Made by a program: the position numbers and the translations under genes. The notes beneath the pieces are model-generated. The model saw only the letters and a list, made by a program, of their open reading frames with translations, was not told the origin of the DNA and did not search any database. From positions 170 through 64,169 of the forward strand of contig DATJYA010000358.1 of NCBI GenBank assembly GCA_035499835.1: a stretch of DNA of 64,000 nt. The letters run 5' to 3'. Shown here piece by piece: positions 30,895-41,592 of the stretch. The stretch comes from Pseudolabrys sp. GTDB lineage: Bacteria; Pseudomonadota; Alphaproteobacteria; Rhizobiales; Xanthobacteraceae. Each line of letters starts with the position of its first letter. Within the stretch, counting starts at the first letter, position 1.

Positions 30895-32172
30895 TTACTG
30901 GAAGCGGTCGAGCATCTTGTAATAGAGCCCGACCATCGGCAGAAACCACGGCTTGCCGGCATAGCCGGCAATTGCCGGCCATTCGAGGCCACCGACCGGG
31001 TTGCGGTCCGGCTTGCCGAGAATGAGATCGGCCATGACGGTGCCCATATAGGTCGAGATCTGGGCGCCGTGGCCGGAATAGCCCATGGCGTACCAAACGC
31101 CATCGGCGCGACCGGCGCGCGGGAAGCGGTCCTGCGTCATATCGACCAGACCGCCCCAGCAATAATCGACCTCGATGTCGGCGAGATGCGGGAAAATCCG
31201 CGCCAGGCTCGCTCTCAGGATGGCGCCAGACTTCGTATCCGATTTCTGGTTGGCCGACGCCGAGAAGCGGGCGCGGCCGCCGAACAGCAGCCGCTTGTCC
31301 GGCAGCATGCGGAAGTAGTTGCCGATGTTCATCGACGTCACACAATTGCGGTTGCCGGGCATGGTCGCGGCGATCTCGGCATCGCTCAACGGCCTCGTCG
31401 CGATGATGAAGCTACCGACCGGAACGATACGGCGGCGGAAATAGTCGAACGGTCCCGACGTATAGGCGCCGGTCGCAACCATGACCTCCTTGGCCGTGAC
31501 CTTGCCGCGCGCGGTGACGATCTCGTGCTTGTCGCCCGACAGGCGGCGGCCGGTGACCGCGGCGTCTTCGAAAATCTTCGCCCCATGACGCACGGCGGCA
31601 TCGGCCATGCCCGTCGCGAAGCGGCCCATGTGCATCATCGCGCTCTTGCCGAACAGCATGGCGCCATGGAACGCCGTCGAACCGACCTCGGCGCGGACCT
31701 GCTTGGCGCCGAGCAGCGCCGTGTCCGGATCGACTTCGCGCTGAACGACGTCGAAATCGCGGGCCAGTGCGTCGAAGTGTGCCGGCTTCGAGGCGAGCTT
31801 TAGCTTGCCGCAGCGGTGGAAAGCGCAATCGATCCCCTCTTCGGCAACTAGCCGCTCGATGGTCGCGACCGACTCGTCGAAGGCGCGATAAAGCGCCGTC
31901 GCCCGTTCCGCGCCGAGCGCGGCCTTGGCCGACGTAAAGCCGTGGGCGACACCGTTGTTGAGATGGCCGCCATTGCGGCCCGACGCGCCGGAGCCGATCT
32001 TGTCGGCCTCGAGCACGACGACGCTGGCGCCCGATTTCGCAAGATGCCGCGCCGCCGACAGCCCGGTGAAGCCACCACCGATCACCGCGACATCGTAGGC
32101 GCCGTCCACCGGACCCGCCGCGGCGCGCATGAAGCGTGGCGCGGTATCCTGCCAGTACGGCTTGAGCTGCAT
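30895..32172 (-). CDS. FAD-dependent amine oxidoreductase (PuuB/DadA family)
   Basis: IGGGFTG, GASGRNGG and GYSGHG. Confidence 0.85.
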   Translation of the reverse strand: MQLKPYWQDTAPRFMRAAAGPVDGAYDVAVIGGGFTGLSAARHLAKSGASVVVLEADKIGSGASGRNGGHLNNGVAHGFTSAKAALGAERATALYRAFDESVATIERLVAEEGIDCAFHRCGKLKLASKPAHFDALARDFDVVQREVDPDTALLGAKQVRAEVGSTAFHGAMLFGKSAMMHMGRFATGMADAAVRHGAKIFEDAAVTGRRLSGDKHEIVTARGKVTAKEVMVATGAYTSGPFDYFRRRIVPVGSFIIATRPLSDAEIAATMPGNRNCVTSMNIGNYFRMLPDKRLLFGGRARFSASANQKSDTKSGAILRASLARIFPHLADIEVDYCWGGLVDMTQDRFPRAGRADGVWYAMGYSGHGAQISTYMGTVMADLILGKPDRNPVGGLEWPAIAGYAGKPWFLPMVGLYYKMLDRFQ

Positions 32173-32185
32173 GGCGGTGCGCCCC

Positions 32186-32854
32186 TTAGAGACCCACCAC
32201 CGCCGGCAGGCCGGAAATATCCTTGATCTCGGTATATTCGTAGTACGGGTTGGCCGGCTCGTGGCCGCGGTTGACCCAGACCTTGTTCTTGATGCCGAGA
32301 TCGTAGGCCGACATCAGATCGTAGCGGAACGACGACGAGCAGTGCAGCACGTCTTCCGGGTTGCAGTTGAGCATGTCGAACATGTATTCGAACGCCCTGA
32401 AACGCGGCTTGTAGGCATTGGCCTGCTGCGCGGTATAGACGGCGTGAAACGGCGCGCCGAGCTTGGCGACGTTCGACATGATTTGGTCGTTCATGGCGTT
32501 CGACAGGATGACCAGCGGAATTTCCTTGGCCACCTTGGCAAGCCCCGCCGGCACATCGGCATGCGGACCCCAGGTCGGCACGCGCTCGTAGATCATGCGG
32601 GCGTCTTCGGCGCGGAACGGCAAGCCGTTCTTCTTGCAGGTGCGCTCGAAGGCGTTGTAAATGACCTCGTTATAGGGCTTCCAGTCGCCGAGGATTTCGT
32701 CGAGCCGGTAGACCGCGAAATTCTTGATGAAATTCGCCATCCGCGCGGCGTCGAGCTGCGCGCCGAAAACATCCGTAGCGCCTTCCGCCATCTGGAAGTT
32801 CGTCAGAGTGCCGTAGCAATCGAAAGTGATATATTTCGGACGAAAGCGGGTCAT
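32186..32854 (-). CDS. HAD-superfamily hydrolase (haloacid dehalogenase type II-like)
   Basis: FDCYGTL motif I, ILSN, YKP and YDL. Confidence 0.85.
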   Translation of the reverse strand: MTRFRPKYITFDCYGTLTNFQMAEGATDVFGAQLDAARMANFIKNFAVYRLDEILGDWKPYNEVIYNAFERTCKKNGLPFRAEDARMIYERVPTWGPHADVPAGLAKVAKEIPLVILSNAMNDQIMSNVAKLGAPFHAVYTAQQANAYKPRFRAFEYMFDMLNCNPEDVLHCSSSFRYDLMSAYDLGIKNKVWVNRGHEPANPYYEYTEIKDISGLPAVVGL

Positions 32855-33126
32855 GGCTGGGCTCGCAAACGGGGGCGTTGAGGCTGCTAGCATAGATGGC
32901 TCCGCGACGGCCAATGCACCGCAATGGCTCCGGATGAACGCAGAATGTTCCGTCCCGGCACCGTGCTTTGGCATGGAGTTGCGCCGTCCGCACGTGGTCG
33001 GCGGGCCGCATAAGATGCGGCACCGGCCATCGATCTCAGCCGAAAGATATCGCCGCTCCTGATTTGTTGGGGACTTCTTCTCTACGCCGGGCCCTATGAA
33101 GCCAGCGGGGCAAGATCGCGCAGACC

Positions 33127-33963
33127 ATGAATTCCATCGACGTCACATTTGTCGAATTCGGCGCCGAGCATCTGGACGGCGCCGTCGCCCTGTCCCGCCA
33201 GGCCGGCTGGCCGCATCGGCTGGAGGACTGGGCCATGCTGCTCGGCCTTAGCCGTGGATTCGTCGCGCTGGAAGAGTCCCGCGTCGTCGGCACCATCATG
33301 CTGACACCATTCGGGCAAGCCGCGACGATCAACATGGTGATCGTCGATGCCTCCATGCGCGGCAAGGGCCTCGGCGCGCGCCTGATGCGGCTTGCGCTCG
33401 ACAAGGCCGGTGGCCGCGAATGCCGCCTCGTCGCGACGGAGGAAGGGCTGCCGCTCTATCGCAAACTCGGCTTCCGGGAAGTCGCCACCATCCGCCAGCA
33501 TCAAGGCCTTGTGCTGCCGATCGAGGCGGCCGGCCATGTGACCTGGACGACGGCGGACTTCACTGCCGAGATTGCCGCGCTCGATCGTCGCGCCACCGGC
33601 ATGGATCGCGGTGCGCTGCTGGAAGCGCTGCAGCAGGTCGCTTTGTTCGCCGTTATCCGGCTCCCCGGCGGTATCGCGGGCTATGCCGCAATCCGGCGGT
33701 TCGGACGCGGCGAGGTCATCGGCCCGGTGGTGGCGCGCGACGCCGGCGATGCGCGCCACCTTGTGTCGTTCCTGCTGTCGGAACGCACCGGCGCCTTCAT
33801 CCGCGTCGACACGCCCCGCGAGCTCGGCCTCGGCGACTGGCTGACCGGTCTCGGATTAAAGGACGTCGGCGGCGGCATTGCCATGCGCCGCTCCGACGCC
33901 AGCACCCTCAACGACGACGACGGCGTTCGCGTTTACGCGCTCGCTAGCCAAGCACTCGGTTGA
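33127..33963 (+). CDS. Two-domain GNAT N-acetyltransferase
   Basis: RGKGLG acetyl-CoA motif, LYRKLGF, and a second domain containing IGPVVA. Confidence 0.85.
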   Translation: MNSIDVTFVEFGAEHLDGAVALSRQAGWPHRLEDWAMLLGLSRGFVALEESRVVGTIMLTPFGQAATINMVIVDASMRGKGLGARLMRLALDKAGGRECRLVATEEGLPLYRKLGFREVATIRQHQGLVLPIEAAGHVTWTTADFTAEIAALDRRATGMDRGALLEALQQVALFAVIRLPGGIAGYAAIRRFGRGEVIGPVVARDAGDARHLVSFLLSERTGAFIRVDTPRELGLGDWLTGLGLKDVGGGIAMRRSDASTLNDDDGVRVYALASQALG

Positions 33964-33977
33964 ACCAGGAGAACACC

Positions 33978-35354
33978 ATGTTGAGCAATTCCCTGATTGA
34001 GATGGATCGGGCCCATCTGATTCACCCGGTGTCCTCTTATCGTGGCCATGAGCGCGTCGGCGCGCGCATTCTGAAATCCGCCAAAGGCGCGCGGGTGACT
34101 GACGCCTCCGGCCACGAACTGGTCGATGGCTTTGCCGGATTGTGGTGCGTGAACGCCGGCTACGGCCATGACAGCATCGTCGAGGCGGCGGCTCGGCAAA
34201 TGCGCACGCTGCCTTACGCAACGGGCTATTTCGACCTCGCCTCGGAGCCAGCGATCAGGCTCGCCTCGGAGCTGGTCGACCGCGCGCCGGGCGCCCTCAA
34301 ACATATCTATTTCACGTTGGGCGGTTCCGACGCCGTCGACAGCACGGTGCGCTTCATCCGCTACTATCAGCACGCGCGCGGCAAGCCGCAGAAGGACCAG
34401 TTCATTTCGCTGGAGCAGGGCTATCACGGTTCGTCAACCGTCGGCGCCGGCCTGACGGCGCTGCCGGCCTTCCATGAAGGCTTTGGCATCCCGCTCGACT
34501 GGCAGCACAAGATTCCGTCGCCCTATCCCTATCGGAACCCCGTCGGCAGCAGCACCGAGGCCATCATCCAGGCATCGCTCGCCGCCCTGCGCGCCAAGGT
34601 CGAACAGCTCGGGCCGGAGCGCGTCGCCGCCTTTTACGCCGAGCCGATCCAGGGTTCGGGCGGCGTCATCGTGCCGCCGCCGGGCTGGCTCAAGGCGATG
34701 CGCGAACTGTGCCGCGAGCTCGACATCCTCTTCGTCGCCGACGAGGTCATCACCGGTTTCGGCCGCACCGGGCCGCTGTTTGCGTGCCAGGACGAAGGCG
34801 TCGATCCCGATTTCATGACCACGGCCAAGGGCCTGACGTCCGGCTATGTCCCGATGGGCGCGCTGTTCATGTCCGATCATGTGTACCAGACCATTGCCGA
34901 CGGCGCCGGCGCCAAGGCCGTGGGTCACGGCTACACCTATTCGGCGCATCCGGTCAGCGCGGCAGTCGGGCTCGAAGTCCTGAAGCTTTATGAGAACGGC
35001 TTGCTCGACAACGGCCGCAAGGCCGGCAAGCGCCTGATGGCGGGCTTGGCTGCCCTGGCGGATCATCCGCTAGTCGGCGAAGTGCGCGGCCGCGGCATGC
35101 TCGCGGCGGTCGAGCTCGTTACCGATAAAGCCAAAAAGACGCCTTTGCCGGCGGCGGCCGATCCGTCCCGCCGCATCTTCGACCGGGCCTGGACAAATGG
35201 ACTGGTGATCCGCGCCTTTGGCAACGGAATCCTCGGTTTCGCCCCGCCTCTGTGCTGCACCGACAAGGATATCGACCTGATTATCGAGCGGACCCGCCTG
35301 ACGCTCGATCAGACGCTGGTGGATCCCGACGTCTGGGCTAGAATGGCTGCCTGA
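33978..35354 (+). CDS. Class-III PLP aminotransferase (omega-amine type)
   Basis: GLWCVNAG, GYHG, EPIQGSGG, DEVITGFGRTG and TAKGLTSGY. Confidence 0.9.
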   Translation: MLSNSLIEMDRAHLIHPVSSYRGHERVGARILKSAKGARVTDASGHELVDGFAGLWCVNAGYGHDSIVEAAARQMRTLPYATGYFDLASEPAIRLASELVDRAPGALKHIYFTLGGSDAVDSTVRFIRYYQHARGKPQKDQFISLEQGYHGSSTVGAGLTALPAFHEGFGIPLDWQHKIPSPYPYRNPVGSSTEAIIQASLAALRAKVEQLGPERVAAFYAEPIQGSGGVIVPPPGWLKAMRELCRELDILFVADEVITGFGRTGPLFACQDEGVDPDFMTTAKGLTSGYVPMGALFMSDHVYQTIADGAGAKAVGHGYTYSAHPVSAAVGLEVLKLYENGLLDNGRKAGKRLMAGLAALADHPLVGEVRGRGMLAAVELVTDKAKKTPLPAAADPSRRIFDRAWTNGLVIRAFGNGILGFAPPLCCTDKDIDLIIERTRLTLDQTLVDPDVWARMAA

Positions 35355-35638
35355 TACCAGCAGAGCTCGACTCGATACTGGCGCCGCGAAATTCTGGAAT
35401 TCGCCGATTATAGGTATTTTGTGCCGTGAGGCATGACCTATTCAGCAAACTTGCATAGCGGCCATGATCAGAATGATCACGCCAATCGACGTTTGAGGTT
35501 GGCCGGTTGGAGGATGGTGCCTGGCATCCGCGAAACTGACCTTCGGTCATGAACGATCAATCCGTCGTTCATGGAGGGTCATTTTCTGAAAACCGTAGCC
35601 CTTGAGCCGTCGTTTGTTGCCACGATAGGGGTACGAGA

Positions 35639-36373
35639 TTGCCTAAAGCACTCACCAATTTCCGTTACCTGACTTTCGATGTCGTAGGCACGCTGATCGA
35701 CTTCGAAAGCGGACTGACGCGATGCCTCACGGCGATCGCTCAGGAAGCCGGCCGGACGCTCGATCCCGAACAGGCGCTCTCGTTCTATCGCAAAGCCCGT
35801 TACATGCCGGAAGCGTTGCGCTTCCCCGACGATCTGGCCCGCGTCTATCTGGCCATCGCGCCGAAGCTCGGCCTGCCCGCCGACAAAGCCCTTGGCGAAC
35901 GCCTGCGCACCTCGGTTTCGGACTGGCGCGCCTTTCCCGACAGCGCCGATGCGCTGGCTCGCCTGACGAAACGCTACCGGCTGATCGCCATGACCAACGC
36001 ACAGCGCTGGGCTTACAATCACTTCGCGCGCGCGCTCGGCAATCCCTTCTACGCCGCCTTCACGACCGACGACACCGGCACCGAAAAGCCCGATCCCGCG
36101 TTCTTCGAACAGGTTCTCGCCTTCATCGCCAAGGACGGCGGATCGCGCGACGACGTGCTGCATGTCGCGCAAAGCCAGTATCACGACATGGGCATTTCGC
36201 GGCAGCTCGGCATCACCAATTGCTGGATCGAGCGCCGCCATGCCGTCAAGGGCTACGGCGGCACCATCGAGCCGGAACGTTTCACCAGACCCGACTATCA
36301 TTTCACATCGATGGCCGAACTGGCCGACGCCGTCGATCACTCGATAGCCCGGGGCCTGCAGGCAAGTGAGTAA
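35639..36373 (+). CDS. HAD-superfamily hydrolase
   Basis: FDVVGTLID, MTN, KPDP and HVAQSQYHD. Confidence 0.85.
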   Translation: MPKALTNFRYLTFDVVGTLIDFESGLTRCLTAIAQEAGRTLDPEQALSFYRKARYMPEALRFPDDLARVYLAIAPKLGLPADKALGERLRTSVSDWRAFPDSADALARLTKRYRLIAMTNAQRWAYNHFARALGNPFYAAFTTDDTGTEKPDPAFFEQVLAFIAKDGGSRDDVLHVAQSQYHDMGISRQLGITNCWIERRHAVKGYGGTIEPERFTRPDYHFTSMAELADAVDHSIARGLQASE

Positions 36374-36427
36374 ATGCGGGCGGACGCCCTTCGGCGGCAC
36401 CACTCGAAACACCAAGAGGGGATCAAC

Positions 36428-38038
36428 ATGACGGACAGGATCAGTAACTGGACAGCCGCCGACACCGCGATGGTCGAAAATGCCATCAGGCGCGGCGCCA
36501 CCCGGCGCGAGCTGCTCAACATGCTGCTCATGGGCGGTGTCGCCTTGACCGCCGGCGCTGGCGTCTTGACCCGCGCGACCACCGCCGTTGCGGCGACACC
36601 GGTGAAGGGCGGCCACATCCGCGCCGCCGGCTGGTCGTCCTCGACGTCCGATACACTTGATCCAGCGAAGGCGTCGCTTTCGACCGACTATGTGCGCTGT
36701 TCAGCCTTCTACAACCGCCTCACATATCTCGGTGAGGCCGGCAAGATCTCCATGGAGCTCGCCGAAAGCATCGAGTCCAAGGATGCCAAGGTCTGGACCG
36801 TCAAGCTGCGCAAAGGTGTGACCTTCCACGACGGCAAGACTCTCACTTCAAAGGACGTCGTCTTCTCGCTCAAGCGTCACCTCGATCCGGCGGTCGGCTC
36901 CAAGGTCAACGCCATCGCCAAGCAGATGACCGGCTTTGCCGCCAAGGACGACCTCACCGTCGAAGTCACGCTGGCCAATCCGAACGCCGATTTCCCGACC
37001 ATCATGGCGATCCATCAGTTCATGATCGTCGCCGACGGCACGACTGACTTCTCCAAGGGCAACGGCACTGGCGCCTTCGTCTGCAAGGTGTTCGAACCCG
37101 GCACCCGCTCGGTCGCCGAGCGCAACAAGAATTACTGGAAGGCGACCGGACCCTATCTCGACTCGTTCGAGTACATTGCCATCAGCGACGGCACGGCGCG
37201 CGCCAATGCCCTGCTGTCGGGCGACATCCAGTTCGCCTCCAACATGAATGCGCAGACGTCGCGGCTTTTAGAAAACAATCCGAAAGTTACCCTGACGAAG
37301 CAGGCAACGGGGAACTACTCCGACCTCAATGCCAGGCTCGACCTCGATCCCGGCAACAAGGCCGGCTTTGCCACCGGCCTGAAGTATCTGATCAACCGTG
37401 AAACCATAAAGACTTCGGTTCTGCGCGGCCTCGCCGAGATCGCCAATGACCAGCCGGTGCCACCATCGAACATCTATTACAACAAGGAACTGAAGGCGAA
37501 GCCTTACGACCCCGAGAAGGCCAAGTTCTATTTCCAGAAGGCCGGCCTCATCGGCAAGAAAATCCCGATTATCACCTCGGAGGCTGTTACCGCCGGCGTG
37601 GAAATGGCGATCGTCCTGCAGCAGGCTGCCCAGGAGATCGGTATGGATTTCGACCTGCAGCGCGTCCCGTCGGACGGCTACTGGTCGAAATACTGGCTCA
37701 AGGCGCCGGTCCATTTCGGCAACATCAATCCGCGACCGACGCCAGACATCCTTTTCTCTCTGCTCTATACCTCGGACGCGCCGTGGAACGAGAGCCAGTA
37801 CAAGTCCCCGCAGTTCGACAAACTCGTGCTCGAGGCCCGAGGCATGCTCGACCAGACGAAGCGCGCCGAAATGTATCACGAGATGCAGCGCATGATCGCC
37901 GAGGACGCCGCCACCGTGATTCCAGTGTTCATGGGCGGCATCGACGCGACGACGTCGAAACTCAAGGGCCTGCGGCCCAACCCGCTCGGTGGCTCAATGG
38001 GCTACGCCTTCGCCGAGTATGTCTGGCTGGAAAGCTGA
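36428..38038 (+). CDS. Family-5 (Dpp/Opp) ABC substrate-binding protein
   Basis: GAGGGG RBS, Tat-like TRRELL after an N-terminal extension, and LRKGVTFHDG. Confidence 0.9.
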   Translation: MTDRISNWTAADTAMVENAIRRGATRRELLNMLLMGGVALTAGAGVLTRATTAVAATPVKGGHIRAAGWSSSTSDTLDPAKASLSTDYVRCSAFYNRLTYLGEAGKISMELAESIESKDAKVWTVKLRKGVTFHDGKTLTSKDVVFSLKRHLDPAVGSKVNAIAKQMTGFAAKDDLTVEVTLANPNADFPTIMAIHQFMIVADGTTDFSKGNGTGAFVCKVFEPGTRSVAERNKNYWKATGPYLDSFEYIAISDGTARANALLSGDIQFASNMNAQTSRLLENNPKVTLTKQATGNYSDLNARLDLDPGNKAGFATGLKYLINRETIKTSVLRGLAEIANDQPVPPSNIYYNKELKAKPYDPEKAKFYFQKAGLIGKKIPIITSEAVTAGVEMAIVLQQAAQEIGMDFDLQRVPSDGYWSKYWLKAPVHFGNINPRPTPDILFSLLYTSDAPWNESQYKSPQFDKLVLEARGMLDQTKRAEMYHEMQRMIAEDAATVIPVFMGGIDATTSKLKGLRPNPLGGSMGYAFAEYVWLES

Positions 38039-38052
38039 CAGACGCGCCGGTT

Positions 38053-38081
38053 CGGCCGCCGCTTGACGGGAGCGGCGGCCG
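38053..38081 (+). other. Intercistronic stem-loop after SBP gene
   Basis: CGGCCGCCGCT-TGACGGG-AGCGGCGGCCG, 11-bp stem. Confidence 0.6.
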
Positions 38082-38123
38082 CAGCTCCAGTAGAAGCTGG
38101 TCGTCGTGCTTTGAGGAGTGCCG

Positions 38124-39077
38124 ATGAACCGCCAGGTCTTCGAACTGGTCTCTTGGCGTTTGGCGTCCGCCGTCGTGACTTTGCTCATCGTCTCGTTCAC
38201 GATTTTCCTAGCGACAACGCTGCTGCCGGGGGACGTCGCGCAAATTTTGCTCGGCCAGGCGGCGACGCCGGAGGCGGTGGCCGGCCTGCGCAAGGCGATG
38301 CATCTCGACGACCCGGCTATCGTGCAGTTCCTGAAGTGGCTCAGCGGGCTCGCGTCCGGTGATCTCGGCCGCTCTTATGCCAACAACATGCCGGTCGCCG
38401 CCCTGATCGGCGGCCGCCTCGCCAACACCCTCAAACTGGCGGCGGCGACGACGACCGTCGCCGTGCCGCTGGCTTTGACGCTCGGCATCACAGCGGCGAT
38501 CAACCGCGACACGCTTTTTGACCGGATCGTCTCCGGCGCGACCGTCGCGATCATTTCGGTTCCGGAGTTTCTGCTGGCGACCCTCGCGGTTCTGGTCTTC
38601 GCCGTCTATCTGCGGTGGCTGCCGGCGCTGTCACTGGCCAATGAGACGCAATCCTTCGGCGATCTGCTGCGCATCTATGCGCTGCCCGTGATGACGCTGA
38701 CCTTCGGCGTGTCGGCCCAGATGATCCGCATGACCCGCGCGGCGGTCATCGAGACTCTGAACACGCCCTATGTCGAGATGGCCCTGCTCAAGGGCGCGTC
38801 GCGCCGCCGCAAGGTGCTGTGGCATGCGTTGCCGAACGCGCTCGGCCCCATCGTCAACGCGATCGCCCTGTCGCTGTCCTATCTGCTCGGCGGCGTGATC
38901 ATCGTCGAGACGATCTTCAGCTATCCGGGGATCGCCAAGCTCATGGTCGACGCCGTGGCGACGCGCGATCTGCCCCTCATCCAGTCCTGCGCCATGATCT
39001 TCTGCGTCGGCTACCTGGTGCTCGTCACCATTGCCGACATCATCGCCATCGTGTCCAATCCGAGGCTCAGAACATGA
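38124..39077 (+). CDS. Dpp/Opp ABC permease (DppB-like)
   Basis: GDLGRS, HALPNA and VETIFSYPG. Confidence 0.9.
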   Translation: MNRQVFELVSWRLASAVVTLLIVSFTIFLATTLLPGDVAQILLGQAATPEAVAGLRKAMHLDDPAIVQFLKWLSGLASGDLGRSYANNMPVAALIGGRLANTLKLAAATTTVAVPLALTLGITAAINRDTLFDRIVSGATVAIISVPEFLLATLAVLVFAVYLRWLPALSLANETQSFGDLLRIYALPVMTLTFGVSAQMIRMTRAAVIETLNTPYVEMALLKGASRRRKVLWHALPNALGPIVNAIALSLSYLLGGVIIVETIFSYPGIAKLMVDAVATRDLPLIQSCAMIFCVGYLVLVTIADIIAIVSNPRLRT

Positions 39078-39919
39078 CGACGGACGCGCTGACGGCGAGC
39101 CGCCGCATCTCCTATCGCTTCAACAAGGTCGGGCTGGTGTCGCTCGCCGTCATCCTGGCATGGGCGCTGGTGGCGATCTTCGCGCCGCTGCTGGCGCCCT
39201 TCCCGATCGGTAAGATCGTCAATTTCGAATTCTTTGCGCCCATGTCGGCCAAGTTCTGGATGGGCACCGACTATCTCGGACGCGATATGCTGTCGCGCGT
39301 TCTGTTGGGCGCGCGCTACACCGTCGGTACTTCGCTCGCCGCCGTCACCTTCGCCTGCTTCATGGGCGTCGCCCTCGGCATGACGGCCGCGGTTCTCGGC
39401 GGCTGGATCGATACGGTGATGAGCCGGCTGATGGATGCTTTGATTTCCATCCCGAGCAAGCTTTTCGGCCTCGTCGTCGTCGCCGGACTGGGGTCCTCGA
39501 TCCCGGTGCTCATCCTGACGCTGGGCGTCATCTACACGCCGGGATGCTATCGTTTCGCCCGGGCCCTCGCCGTCAACATCAACGCGATGGATTACGTCAC
39601 TGTCGCGCGTGCGCGCGGGGAAGGCCTCGGCTATCTCATCCGCGCGGAGATTCTGCCCAATATTACCGGGCCGGTGCTAGCCGATTTCGGGCTTCGCTTT
39701 GTCTTCATCGTGCTCCTGCTGTCCGGCCTGTCGTTCCTCGGACTCGGCGTGCAGCCGCCTTATGCCGATTGGGGCGCGCTGGTCCGTGAAAATCTCGGCG
39801 GCCTGCCGCTGGCTGCACCGGCCGTGATCTTTCCGTCGCTGGCCATCGCGACGCTCACGATCAGCGTCAACCTGCTGATCGACAACCTCCCCCGCAAAAT
39901 CCGGGATCAGGGCGTCTGA
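39074..39919 (+). CDS. Dpp/Opp ABC permease (DppC-like)
   Basis: GTDYLGRD and LSFLGLGVQPP. ATGA overlap with the previous gene. Confidence 0.9.
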   Translation: MTTDALTASRRISYRFNKVGLVSLAVILAWALVAIFAPLLAPFPIGKIVNFEFFAPMSAKFWMGTDYLGRDMLSRVLLGARYTVGTSLAAVTFACFMGVALGMTAAVLGGWIDTVMSRLMDALISIPSKLFGLVVVAGLGSSIPVLILTLGVIYTPGCYRFARALAVNINAMDYVTVARARGEGLGYLIRAEILPNITGPVLADFGLRFVFIVLLLSGLSFLGLGVQPPYADWGALVRENLGGLPLAAPAVIFPSLAIATLTISVNLLIDNLPRKIRDQGV

Positions 39920-41580
39920 TGGCAAACCTTGTCGAAGTCCGCAATCTCAAGGTCGAGGCGGTCACCGACGCCGGCCGCGTCGTGACCATCATCGACGACG
40001 TGTCGTTCGATATCGCCGACGGCGAGATTGTCGCGCTGATCGGCGAAAGCGGCTCCGGCAAGACCACGATCGCGCTGACGCTCATGGGCTATGCCCGGCC
40101 GGGCTGCCGCATCAGCGACGGCTCGGTGCGGCTCGGCGACCACGACATGGCCAGGCTCGGTGAAAGCGAATGCGCGCGCATTCGCGGCGTCGAGGTCGCC
40201 TATATTCCGCAAAGCGCCGCGGCGGCCTTCAACCCGGCCCACACGATCATGGACCAGGTCATCGAAGTGGCCCGCATTCACCGCCTGATGCCGCTCAAGG
40301 ATGCGCGCGCCAAGGCGGTCGAACTGTTCAAGGCCCTCGCCTTGCCCCATCCGGAAACGATCGGCGATCGCTATCCGCATCAGGTGTCCGGCGGACAATT
40401 GCAGCGGCTGGCCGCGGCGATGGCCCTCATCGGCGACCCGAAGCTGGTCATCTTCGACGAGCCGACCACGGCGCTCGACGTCACGACACAGATCGAGGTG
40501 CTGCGCGCCTTCAAGTCGGTCATGCAGGGCAAGAAGATCGCCGGCGTCTACGTCTCGCACGATCTCGCGGTCGTGGCGCAGATGGCCGACCGCATCATCG
40601 TGCTCAAGAGCGGCAAGATCCAGGAGGCCGGCGCGACCGAACAGATCATCAAGCGCCCGATCCATCCTTATACCAAGGCGCTTATCAGCGCGGTCGAACC
40701 GGCCCTGTTCGCGGGCCTCGATGCGAAGGAAGAAGAAGCGAAAGCAGCGCTGATCGAGGTCAACAATCTCTACGCTGGTTATGGCGGCTTTCTGGACAAC
40801 GGCCTGCCGCGGTTTCTGACTGTCAAACATGTCGATCTGCGCGTGCCCGCCGGGCACAATCTCGGCATCATCGGCGAGTCCGGCTGCGGCAAGTCAACGC
40901 TGGCACGCGCCATCGCCGGATTGCTGCCCGCGGTGACCGGCAACATCCTGCTCGAAGGCAAGGCGCTGGCGCCGGACGCGCGACACCGCAACCGCGAGCA
41001 ACTGCGCAAGGTGCAGATCGTGTTCCAGTCCGCGGATACAGCGCTCAATCCGGCCAAGTCGGTGAGCGAAATCCTGGAGCGGCCGCTGGTGTTCTATCAC
41101 GGCATGGCGCGGAAGGACCGCATCAAGCGCGTCGACGAATTGCTCGACATGGTGCAACTGCCGCGCGGGCTCGGCAACCGGCGGCCGTCGGAACTGTCGG
41201 GCGGACAGAAGCAGCGCGTCAATTTCGCGCGGGCACTGGCCGCCGATCCGAAGCTAATCCTGTGCGACGAGATCACCTCGGCGCTCGATACGGTCGTGGC
41301 GGCGGCGATCATCGATCTGTTGAAGGAACTGCAGCGCGAACTGGGGCTGTCCTACATCTTCATCAGCCACGATCTGTCGACGGTGCGCGCCATTTGCGAC
41401 GATGTCGCCGTGATGTATGCCGGCGAGAAGGTCGAGCAGACCTCGCCGGACAGGATCGGCCAGGCCGGCGGGCATCCTTATTCGCGGCTGCTGTTCGACT
41501 CGGTGCCGAAGCTCGACACCGGCTGGCTCGACAGCCTCAAGCAGGACGCGGCGCTGATCGAAGCTTACGCGGTTCGCTGA
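39919..41580 (+). CDS. Dpp/Opp ABC ATPase with two fused nucleotide-binding domains
   Basis: GESGSGKT and GESGCGKS, plus SGGQLQR and LSGGQKQR. Confidence 0.92.
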   Translation: MANLVEVRNLKVEAVTDAGRVVTIIDDVSFDIADGEIVALIGESGSGKTTIALTLMGYARPGCRISDGSVRLGDHDMARLGESECARIRGVEVAYIPQSAAAAFNPAHTIMDQVIEVARIHRLMPLKDARAKAVELFKALALPHPETIGDRYPHQVSGGQLQRLAAAMALIGDPKLVIFDEPTTALDVTTQIEVLRAFKSVMQGKKIAGVYVSHDLAVVAQMADRIIVLKSGKIQEAGATEQIIKRPIHPYTKALISAVEPALFAGLDAKEEEAKAALIEVNNLYAGYGGFLDNGLPRFLTVKHVDLRVPAGHNLGIIGESGCGKSTLARAIAGLLPAVTGNILLEGKALAPDARHRNREQLRKVQIVFQSADTALNPAKSVSEILERPLVFYHGMARKDRIKRVDELLDMVQLPRGLGNRRPSELSGGQKQRVNFARALAADPKLILCDEITSALDTVVAAAIIDLLKELQRELGLSYIFISHDLSTVRAICDDVAVMYAGEKVEQTSPDRIGQAGGHPYSRLLFDSVPKLDTGWLDSLKQDAALIEAYAVR

Positions 41581-41592
41581 AACCCGGCGGCG